Positions 46,701 to 58,700 of a DNA stretch of 64,000 nucleotides are shown one piece after another. The position numbers were made by a program, and so were the translations under genes. Under the pieces are notes generated by a model, which did not search any database, was not told the origin of the DNA, and was given only the letters and a program-made list of their open reading frames with translations. Source of the DNA: Fimbriosthenelais zetlandica (lineage: Eukaryota); NCBI GenBank assembly GCA_977030845.1, contig OZ365110.1, positions 17,484,001 to 17,548,000 of the forward strand, given 5' to 3'. Within the stretch, counting starts at the first letter, position 1. Each line of letters starts with the position of its first letter.

Positions 46701-49700
46701 CTCACATGGCAGCCCTATCAGGACTGACCATGCTTGACCCCTGACACTGACCATTGCCTCCTTGCCCAAACCCATCCAATCAAATCATGTGTGGGGTCAT
46801 GCACTGATCTGCCGGTTTTTCCACGTGAATGAGTTTCATCTTCGGTGCAAAAAATACGGGTGCATAACTGCATGGCTATATTTCTTCACAAGCCTATATG
46901 CATTTCCTTATGAATGTTCTTAACGAACTATATAATTTAAGAAGCAAAAACCTGTGCTGAGATTTAAAATTGATTCATCATGCATCACACAACATGGCTT
47001 GAGAGGGACTTTTACGTTAGGACATACTACCGCCATATAGTGATTGAAGCAAAAATAAATCCCCAAAAATGTTGGCATTGGAGAAAGACTAGTGTATATA
47101 GAGGGGAGCGATAAGATAGATTGGCTCTGAAACCGGCAGCAATAAGTCAGCTTAGAGTTGGCCTAGGCAGGGGTCAGAGGCGGAGATGAGCTGGAGGAAG
47201 AGCAGCCAGGGAGCTGCTCCATATCCTATTTACAGTCAATATGACCAGCTCCCCGGGCCTTCACCTAAACATCACTGAGGGCTGCACTCTCCATTTATCA
47301 GTGAAACTTATAGACCGGCTAGTGTCGATAGCACTTTATTGAATGGAGAATCTTCACAGTCTTCGATGTAACGCACTGTTTTAGACCTTTATTTAAATTG
47401 GGGTGCAACAGTACCTCAAGTTTCACAGTCTGACATATTTACTTCAATAATAGTCCTATACTATAGGCTTGGGATGAATTAAAAATTGTATGACACGCTG
47501 ACTTATTGTATCGGACCCATTCTCTAAAAGACGAAGGGCAGACATTCATAGATCACAGGTATAAAGTTCCTCACCAAATGTCAATATAAATGATCTAGTA
47601 TATTAGCATGGAAGAGACATGTATCCAATGCTTCCGATTAGATGGGACGAAAACAAAAGAGATATTATTTAACTAATTCCATTAGGAAAAGGCCCCGAGG
47701 AAAATCTCAGATTAAAGAGAATGGCGGACGAGAAATAAGTCAGATGCATATTATTATCTTTGAGGTAACGGTAATGCATCTGCCTCAGAAAATATAATAA
47801 CCTTGTGTTCAACTAGAAAATGAAGAATTCTCAAGATTTAGACTGCGAAAAACTGGGAGAAGCAAGAGTAATATATACATGTGCAAGACCCTGCTCTTTT
47901 TTCCGAGGAGTTGCAGGATCTATAAGGAGAGGGATGAGCCTTCCCTAGGGATGTGTGCTGAATCCAGGGCGGGGCCCTGGTAGCAGTGCTTTAATCCATG
48001 CAGGCACGACTGAAGGAATGCAAGGTCTGCATACTGATGCTTTAACCTGGTGTATATGGAATAATACCAGTGGCAAGAAGGCATACGTACCGTGCACAGT
48101 ATACTGCATAATTATTGCTGCTGGTGCTGGTGGAAGTACAGTGCAAGCAGCAATCTGGTTAGAATTGTCAGACTCTGGCCTTGTAGAATTCATTACATTT
48201 TACCTCGTCCGACATTTTGACTCATTCCGTATATTGTAGCACAAGCCAATGTTGATACTATGTTTATAAAGTGGGAGACATCGATCCTGCAAAGTAGACA
48301 TCAATTTTGATTTTCCTCGACACTGCTCACTTATATATAATTAGCTATTCCATGCAGGGCCAGTTAATAGATATAAGAAAATATAATAAAAGAAATCATA
48401 ATATATGAAAAAACAGTTGATATTTCGAAATTCAATTCGGAACAAAACTCTGACTTTGAAAGGAAATAAAAATACTCCGGCACAATACAGTATATATGAC
48501 GTTTCTGAGTTTGGTAGAACATTACAGATCTCTTCACTGTGTGTACATAAATTCGAACCATTTTTACTCCTAAGGTTTTTAATTTTTTTAATTTCTTTAC
48601 ATTTTAATAACCGCTTCCCTAGTGTAAGGCATGCATTCAATGCATATTATGGTTCATTAGAAAAAGACCAGTCCATCATCAGTATATAAAGTGGATACAT
48701 TTGGACTTGTGCTTGCATGATGGGTGGACTGCCTCTCACTCAAGTCATGATGGGACTAGACTAGATTTGACTTAAGGCATGAGATAAGAAGTTAACACGC
48801 TTATAGGGATATATTCAGACATCTTGGCAGAAACCATAGACATAGAAATAGTCTATTATATGTCTATGGCAGAAACATACTTCTAGGTACAGATAAATAT
48901 GTTTACATTCTATCTCAATATGTAATGTACAAGCCTTTATGGAGGCTTTCTGGGAATCAGTATATTATTATGTGGCGTTTATGGGCAGGCATTTTATGTC
49001 ACTTTCTGTCCATGAGTTTGTATTTTGTGATTCTATGTCAATGTTCCGGGATACTTCCCACTCCCCTAATCAATTATCTTACCTCCTTCAGTAAAAAGAA
49101 TACCAAGCTGAATATTATACATTAACTATACTGTTGTTGTGTGTGACAAAGTGTGTTTGTTTCTTGAGTGCTGGATGAGTGAAGATGTATGTGGAAATAT
49201 GTCTGGTTAAAAAGAACATTAGAAAAAACAAAATAAAAAGATGGGTCACCAGTCTCTAAGTTCAGACTGGTAATTATGCATACATTTTGAATGTTTCTCT
49301 TATATGTCATACAAATGAACTATATTTTGTACATTCGTTTGACCGTAAAAGCTGGAACACTTTGTTTGTCCAGGTTACTTTGAAGTGGATCACACCATGA
49401 GACGGGGTGCGAAGCGAGACAGAGACTCTAGGTCTCGATCCCGAGAACGGGATAAGGTGGCGGTCAAGTCGCCGGACAAGAGCAAAGGGAAGGGGCCGGG
49501 CCCAAAGAAAGTGCCAAACAAGACCGCACAGAGCAAAACTGCCACACAGACCAAAACCAAAGGTACGCAGGCCACGCCTTCTCCTCTGTCAATCAACACC
49601 ACCGCCGACCAGTCAGCGGTCGTCACTCCAGCTGCTGGTGATTCCATTGGTTGTTGTGTTTTTGATGACAGTTGTCATGCCAAATTTTGCCCTTTGGTGA

Positions 49701-52700
49701 TAGTCAAAATGAAAAAGCCTGTTTGGAGTTTAATTTTTAGATTTTTTTTCAAAAGAAGAAGCTAGCATTATTATGTTTGGTTGGTTTTTGAGAATCAATT
49801 GCCGTTTTTGTATTTTTCAAAAGAAAAACCACTTTTTATTCATTATCATATATTTTCTTATATCAGTTTATTTTTATTTAGACATTTACAAAACCTTAGT
49901 TGCGTTCCAGAGGGAATATATTTATGCATCATAATGCAAATAGTCGTACTTGCGTGTTATTTATAGCAGGTAGATTGCTTCTAATTATTTTTCTTCAGTT
50001 GTGATATTTAGTTCTCAGATTGGTTCAATCTTCAATTTCATTTTTTTTTCCAAATAATCACATTATTTCAAAAATTCAGGTTCATTTAGTTGACTCCAAA
50101 GAGCTTTCAATGTTCATTTGAGACTACATCCTGATAGAAGCTACAATGAAGTGGGGTGTGCATTTTCTGTTTGTTACAAACAAGATCACATATGTTTGGA
50201 CATATGAATTGTTTGCTTCATGTTCTTGAAGATATGATTTTACATGCATTTTTCAGCAACAACGCTAATATATTTTTTGAGATAATATTAAACTACAGAC
50301 CAAAAATATGCTACGGTTTTACCTTCCACTGATATGAATACAAACTATTTTTGTGCTATATGACCTTGTCCGTCTTGTGACAAGTTTTCCCCTGTGAAAG
50401 TCAGTTCCATTGTCATATATGTGTCATCCACAATATATGTTGTCCTGCTTAAATTTATCAATTTCTATCTAATTGATATAGTCCGTACCCATCAAACCAT
50501 CCAACCACTCCCAAATACATATACCTTTCACATACAAATATTTATGTATGGTGTACATACATATGATACACTATCTACCTATCTATTTGTATTTTAACCC
50601 ATATTAAAGGAAATATGCTAACAAACATAGGTGCCATCTTTTCTAGAAAGGTATATAATGACCAAAACCTGCTGCCCGTAATAGTCATAGTGGCATAGCA
50701 ACATATCAAAAATCACTGCAGTTTGTGCCTTGAATTCCTGTTGACCAAGCATTCAATACCAGGGTAATTCTCGAATGCAATAATGATAATATATTAGGCA
50801 GTATATTGTATATTTCAAAAATCTTCCATTTAGTATAACATACACTTTGCAATACTATGAAATACCAATATATACCTTTTAAATGATGGCTACTCGTGTA
50901 TCAATCTCTTCCACATTGCACACAATGCACAATAGCGTTTGTCCATATATTTTGACATCTATATTTATCCCTATTATATATCTCCTCCAACCCATAGTGC
51001 CATTCCAAACCACAGGCAGGGCCAAACCTACCTGGAATATTCCATCTTTTGATGTCGCGTGGACTCCACTTCGGAAATCAATATCAAGAAAAAAGCAACT
51101 GACATCATTCTCTGAAATTTGTTTCTATACTTTTGCTATATTGTATTACACACATCGCCCACAGTGGTATCTAGGCACCGCGTTTGTAAGTCGTGTGTTA
51201 TATTTGCACATATTTTTAGCAGCTTTCTATATCCTTGCCATATAAAACCAACTGTTTTATAAATTTTTTGTCATCAAAAGAGAGGTGTTGAAATTGCAGA
51301 TTTTGCAGCTTTGAAAGGTACTGTTCTAATTTCCACCTTCTGTATCGAATTAGGATACAAAATCATTTCTTTCCAAATTTAGAAATCTAATTCTGCGCGA
51401 CATCATTCCCTTCTCTACTGCCACACCAATACCCTTCAAATGTTTATCTCATAAATGAGACCACGAATAAAGATAGAACTTCCCTTTGAAAAATATATAG
51501 CACAACAAAACGAAACCATATTTCCAACAGAAAAAATAGGTATTTTGGAACACACATGCCAAATGCTATTTGCTATAGAAGGAAGCTAGTGTTTCTAGTA
51601 TTTTTGTAAATGCTAGGAGGATCTCTCCCCATTTGTGGCTTTTTAGGAAACGCATGTCTATGAAAACCAGTAAGAATTTTTGTTTTTAAGTGCATGACTG
51701 GATAGTTAAGTTTTTTTTTCTAATTTAGAAATGTGTCTGGAATGACCTTCTATTACTATAATGTAAGGAAGAAAATAGCCTTTTAAGTTTAGAATACTGG
51801 TAATTTTAACAATTATTTATAAGCTTGGTAATCTAACTGTACTCTTGAAAATGATTTATTATATTCTTCTGGACTAGGTTTATTTACAGAATGACTATTT
51901 ACATGTTTAATTCCTCGGTAGCAATAGCTTTATCACAATAGTAATTTATTTTGTCTCGAGATATAATAGTTTCTCTCGATATAGTCTTAGAATTTTCTTA
52001 TTAATAACAATTTTTGTACCAATTATTTTTGGCACTGTGTGAAGAGGCCGGGCGTCGCCCGTCTGCCGCAAGACAAAAAAGAGGAAATCCTCATTTTTTT
52101 GAACTTGAGGACCCAAGTCCCATAGAAAAAAATACCCTCTATTTTGAGGATCCTCAGTATTGGTTATGCTCTTGGCAGTATTTATGATCATTTTAGAGGG
52201 CTGTTGTTGCCTCTATATATGGTGCTTTGGAGATCTGATCAAAACAAACTAAGATAGAAAGATTTAAAACACTTGAACGTGTGGTCTTGGATGGCTACCG
52301 ATTCCAGATTTGTGTGGGCTCTGCTTGTATACTGGGCCGACTAGCACACAGTCGTGGAACCTTTGGCCCTTCTGCCTCCGATGCGAACCCCGTAAGTGTC
52401 CCACCTATGTTACACCCTCACATTTTCCTCTCCATTTCCAGTTACTGATATGCCTTAAGGACCTGTTTTGTGTGTAACCTTATGTGTAATGATTCATTCC
52501 ATAACCTATTTCCTTGCATGCCATGTGCACCTTCCTATGCCATGTAGTTTGTATCTCTCTCCTTTCCTTCCAACCCAATGGGGATTATTAATTTGCTGAT
52601 TGTTCAAGGCAATTATTTAATAATTTAATAGTGATACTTCTGCAAAGTTTAAACTATTTTTTCTGGAAATGTTATAAACAACCAAAGAAGAATCTAGTTT

Positions 52701-55700
52701 GCATTCATGTCTGCACTTGCTGTACGTGACTTTTAACTAATTTAACAAATTAGTCTAAAAACCAAAATAATTTGTAAAATATTTCCTAATATTCATCAGG
52801 TAATGTGTCGAGACAGATTTCCATTATTTGCACCAACCACAGCTACTCCCCAGTTGTTTGCACCACACGTGCGTCCTAGATTCGTACTAACAGCCGAATC
52901 TGGACACAGAAATCCCTAGCTATCGAAAACCTCTCATGAATTTTGTAGAGCAAACCCCAGCTTTGAAGTAGTCAAATTCAAACCTCACTATTACCATGTC
53001 TAAATCTAATGTGTACGTACAACTCCCAAACCCTTCCCATGTCACTTGTGGAACTGCAGTAGTTTAAAATCCCTGAATTATGTGTGGAGTCATATCGTTA
53101 GTTTAACATGAGAAATGAACACCCCACTTTGATTGTTTTATGTGATATTCATAATACAAAAGAGATTGCTATCGTCAAAGGTTTGATTCAACAAGTGAAC
53201 ATTTCAAGATGAAGGCAGTTTATATTTATGTGTTTTATGTCTACATTGATTTAAATTAATTGGAAAACGAAAAATATTATAATCCATCTAGCCTAAGGAC
53301 CTTTAATACATACAGGTTCTGGGATGGGGGTGCATATAACCACATCACGGCTCTTTTCATGCTAGGTTTATCATTGCAAAACTTAGTACGCATGGTTAAG
53401 TGGCAAAGATCGATTGTATTCCAAGGTTCTTCAGCCATGTTTTGATGGGGAACATCCTTGGAATATTATCGGAATCTTTACCGCTGATTTCTGAAGCCCA
53501 TAACTGTCATTTTCTATTTGTTGCCCGTCAGTTTCTTCATATCAAATATTTGTGGTTCATATAATCTTAAAATGAAAGGTGAATTGATAATGGTGATATA
53601 TATTGTATGTTTGTCCTGAATGTTGACCAGTGTCTTGTCCTGTTTGTTCAAGTTGAGGTAATGCATACTGATTTGTTCTTTGTCTTTCTTTCTTCTTTGA
53701 CTAAAAAATTATCTTCGCAGCCTTGGTTCACACAGGTACATATAACAAATCCATTGAAACTTGACCCTAACGCTCTAAAGTAGACATAGAAAATGGTTTA
53801 TGGACAACTTGCCTCCCCTGACTGATGGGAAATTTTCCCCACCTGATGTATTTTAATTATGACTGTCTTTTTATTCTGTCTTGATCATAATGAACATATT
53901 TTGACTGTTAAGTGCATTTTGTTTCATCCAAACACGTATACTCAGATTATTACACTCTGGCACAAAAAGTTGTCTCATGTACCACCCACTGGTGATTTGA
54001 ATCGGCTTTTTCACATCATTTACACAATGTCTGGTCATGAAACCTATATGTATAGAAATATGCTGGTAAATTGAAATGTAACATATAAACGATTTTAGAT
54101 CCTCCACAAGATTCCTTCGGCAGATTATTCTTTTTTTTTCAAAATTGATCTTTTAGGGTTACGCATTAAACCAGGTTTCATGAACATTGTTGTACAGTAC
54201 ATTCTGTATTTTGCGGCCATCACTCTCTTTTCTCTTTTCCTTAATTCGAAAGTCGTGAAGTATTTTCCTTAAATGATCTTCAAAACAAACTCATCAACAT
54301 AAAGTGGAGAATCCCACATGAGAAACAATGACAATAAAAACAGATCTTCTTCCTGTTGTCTTTCTCCTCCTTCTTCGCCACTTTCTATTTCTTATTATTC
54401 TCCCATTTCCTCTTCTTACTATTATCTCCTCCTTCCCTATCATCGCCCTTTCCTTTTAGTCTTCTTCTTGGTCTACTTCTACTACTACTTCTTCTTCCTC
54501 TTCTTTCCTCATTATTCTTCTCCAACATCATCTTCTACATCATCTTCTGATTCTTCCTCAGAAGTGACTACCTTTTTACGCCGCTGACTGACTGGGTTTT
54601 CAATGTTCTATTTACCTTCATTTTGGCAAAAGACACACGACTATTATGTGGACAGTTATAACGAGAGGACACATTAGAAATCATGCACGCCTTTATTTGA
54701 AATGAAACATGTATATAATATATATGTGTGTCATCTCCAAGTTTTGTGCTGCTTACCCTGGTTAGTCATGTGTATTTGGACATGTATATACAATGTTGTG
54801 GCCAGAACACCAAACTGCAGCATATTTGACTTCATGCATGTCACACTGATTAAATATGGTGCCTGCTTCGTTTCAAATACAGAATATCTGATTCTCTCTA
54901 TATTTATCTTGAATGTGATGGTACTCATGCTAAGATTCATCTAAAGAATGAACAGACACAAAACATTATAGATCATTTCTGACAGTTGATACTCATTACT
55001 TTCATTAGAAACCTTGGAAAACAAAGTTGTTTCTTTTCATGAGATATACACTGTTCATGTAAGTAAACTCTAATATAGAGAGATGCACATAAACTATGAT
55101 AACCTTTGACCATTTTATCCTTGCATCATCAAGTGGACGAAGTAATGGAGAGCAAAGTTCAAAGTAAGAACCTGAGAGACTTCATTGAATTTGTTAACAG
55201 AACAATTCAGGTGTCCATGAAAACCAGTGTGTATGTATGATCATTATATAAAGGGTCAAATGATGAAAGGTCACTACCATCGAGGGCTCGTTCGTAAATG
55301 TCCCAAACTGAAATACAACCAAGTAGGTAGTACTTAGCTTGACCACTTGTTTTAATCTTTCATTCACAGGTGAACGCTCGGCTAGTATAGCATCAAGTAG
55401 TGCAGATCGACGAGAAATGGTGCAAGGTGATAGGGCAAAACTACTGCTTGATGCGGAGATGACCCCTGATAAGGTCTCAAACTCCAGCAATCCAGCTCCA
55501 GCCACAACAAGTAGCAATGTTGGAGGTGCGACGACGGCAGCGACAGGGGCAGCAGGAGCAACAACATCAGCGTTAGCATCAGCAGCTGGCAAGGTCACTC
55601 CACAAAACACGCTGGGAAGTTCTGGTGGAACGGGTACACCTCAGAAACAACTGCTTCCGGGTGCAGCAGCGACTGCAGCAACAGCAACAGCAGCAGCAGC

Positions 55701-58700
55701 AGCGGCAGCAACAACGTCAACACCCCCAACTGCCAACGGACCCACGCGGATTCCACTACGGCGTGGGCCACTGAACCTCACCCTGGATTTATCGGTAACC
55801 AATAGCCCGACTTGTGAAGTGATAGAGAATGCCACTGTGACAAGCAAAGAGGGGGTGGTTCGCAATGATGCCGGTGGTGTTGAGGGCAGGCACATTGGAT
55901 CTGCGCTTCTTGGCCTCTCTTCTCCTCCTCCGCCATCCGGGGCAGTGAGTGGATTTCAGGATCAGCTGCCAGATACCTTAGCATGCTTCCTTACTGTTCT
56001 AGCTCTGTGTCACCAAACCTCTTGCTCTTCACGCGACTTTCGCGAAATCTCCCCACAAACTCTGTCCGCAAAAAGCGCCCTCAACCTTAAAACCCAGAGT
56101 AGTTTTGCCTCAGAGTGCTAGATGGCGCTAGTAGTTAGAGCCTTGATCTAAAAATACACCCCCAAAAATATGAAGAAAAGAGATAAGGAAAATTACTAAT
56201 AACCTAATCACCAGAGGCAAACCACAGTGAGCAAGAATTTAGATATCGCAGAAAACAAAGTGGGACTTTAGTTTAAACAGTAGATAAGCCCTTAGGTCCA
56301 ATTTAGGATAGTGCATTGGGACATGTTGGCATTCGTTAGGGTTAGCTTAGATAGCTTAACACATCGGCACATCAGATTGATCCATGCTCTAGAAGAACCA
56401 ACCTTCTCTTGTCATATGACTAGCTGAGGCTAGGACATCTTGCGAACAACAGGGTTGGGAATTAATAATTAAAATGTTTCATGCATTAAACTATCACATG
56501 GGGCAATTCTAATATGCTCTGTGAAATTTTATGTGTTCTATATAAATGTTTGTCTAAAGAGACCTTAAATGTAGAAGATAAATATTCAACAGGGTTGCCT
56601 TAATTTTGAAAAGAAAAAAAACTTTCTGTAATTGTAATATGAATGCATGCTCCCAAAATTACTCTCACTTTGGCAAGTTTATAATATTGTTTTATGAAAG
56701 ATTTTGAATGAAATGATGAAACATCATTTATTTCTGTTGTTAAATATATGCAAACTATTCTAAAATATGTTTAGTCCCACTGAATTTTCGTTAAAATCCT
56801 AATGTTAAAATCCTAAAGAAAAATTTATAAATACTCTAATTTCATAACTTCTTTTCCCGGCCTATGCAGAGAAAGATAAACCAAACACTAAAATCTATGC
56901 TAAATCTACAGGACAGAGCATTTAATAATTTTACCAACTTTTTGTCATTCTGCACCAGTTTAGTTTTAATATTCAGATAAGCACATTTAAAACAATTAAA
57001 AGCAATCGGCAACCCTGAGTCAAGAGAACAGGTCACATTTTTACTGCATGTTTTCTTCTTAATCTTACTGCTACCGAACTTTCCCCAAGGGAGAACAACA
57101 AGAGAGATTCTCTTATCTCTGGTCTTTAAATTAAAAATAAGGCTGGCAGCAATCTGTGCTATAAGGCATTTTCCTTCATTCCCTTGGAAAAATCAGTTCA
57201 TAGTTCACAAACACCACTGAAATCTTTATGCACCTATAACTTCATTGCAATAGCCATCTCTTTAATGCTTACATGGCCTTCAAAAATTACGGCTCACCAC
57301 CCCCTTTATCTGGTAGCTATCGAGGGTTGGATGGGACGAAAAGCAAAATTCATTTCTCGGAAAAAACTGGGAACAATCTGGAAAGAAATTTTAATTTATA
57401 ATGTGATTTACATTCGTTATAAAAGTTTGATATTAATATCTTTAAATTGAAATTGTACATGATAAATTGAATGTTTATCTATGTGAGCTTATTGATAATG
57501 ACTTGTCTGATGTCATGTGAAATGGATTTTTGTTCACGTCTCATCAGGTATAATTTTGGTAGTGTTGATGAATGATATGTACAAATGTACATCAATTGGA
57601 TTATAGACTGTGAGAATTTCTTTATTCTTCAAATTGCAAGATTCATTTGATTGTGGTCACATCGTTTTTTTACTAACAAAGTCGAATTATTTGAGCCTTC
57701 TTTTTCTTCTTTACTTTTCTATTTTCTGTAAAGTCGTTCTGTATATGTTGTCCTGTAGAGTCTCTTTTTTTGGTGTGAGTTTTTAAAGAAATTATTTGGC
57801 TGTCTATAGTTTTGCTGTATTGTTTTAGTTTTTAAAGAGTCACATCATCAGACAAGCTCCATGGTGAGAGTTCGGTACTTGTTTTTTATTTGAGTATTTG
57901 AGTATTTAGCCACCTGACTGTTTAAGAACTGCCCATTGCAGAGAGCTTATTGTATATCTTTCAGAAGCCCCGGCCTTTGAGCCCTACCACCAAGGTGCCA
58001 CTACGCACCGATGACGGGTCATCTTCCGGATTGGACGGTATGTCAAGGACACAACCAGTTCGGCCATCTACCTTGCTATACCGTTCCAACACCACTACAA
58101 CCAAAGCGACAAGCTCTGGTGTAACACGGACCATGCAGGCCATTGCCGGGCCTTCAAATACGGGTGCTATTAGTTCTATTGTTGAGCCGCTGGTGGCTCC
58201 TAAAGCAACACCAGAGGATCTGACACTCACCACTTTCAGCTCCAGTTCTGAGGAAATTAATCTGGAAACTATGCAAGCGCAAATGCTCAAAGCCCAAGTA
58301 GAGAAAAAACCAGAGGACCAGCTAGCAAATGCGTCAGGGCCACTACAAATCCCTGTTAGCCAAAAGGATGACTTGCCTCAATACTTAGACTCTCACGAAC
58401 CTGTGGATATACAGAAATTCAAATGTCCTAGGAATGTCTTATTGAAGCATTTGAGTGATTCAGAACGTTTTGAGGACAGTGGAAGTCAAATTTCTCGGAG
58501 CTCTCATAGTGGCAGCCATATACTACCGCCTGACCGGGACTCTGGATCAGGGATTCTTTCTCACACCAGTATCAGCACTATTAAAAAGGAATCAGAATTT
58601 TTTAATTCAAAAACGTGTCTTTTGCCCAAGAGTGGTTCAGAGCCTCTCACTGCTGTAGGCTTGAGCCATGACATAGGTGTTGCGGCAGCCAAGCCGTGTT

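Noticed and set aside
46560-46775. ARSDD as a segmented-virus RdRp motif C
   Set aside because: No motif A or B at the right spacing; the region is TGACC-repeat rich.
54318-54587. ORFs in the pyrimidine-rich tract
   Set aside because: Low-complexity triplet repeats lacking stops; not protein-like.
55194-55984. Antisense ORFs over the Ala-rich exon
   Set aside because: Shadow frames caused by GCA repeats.
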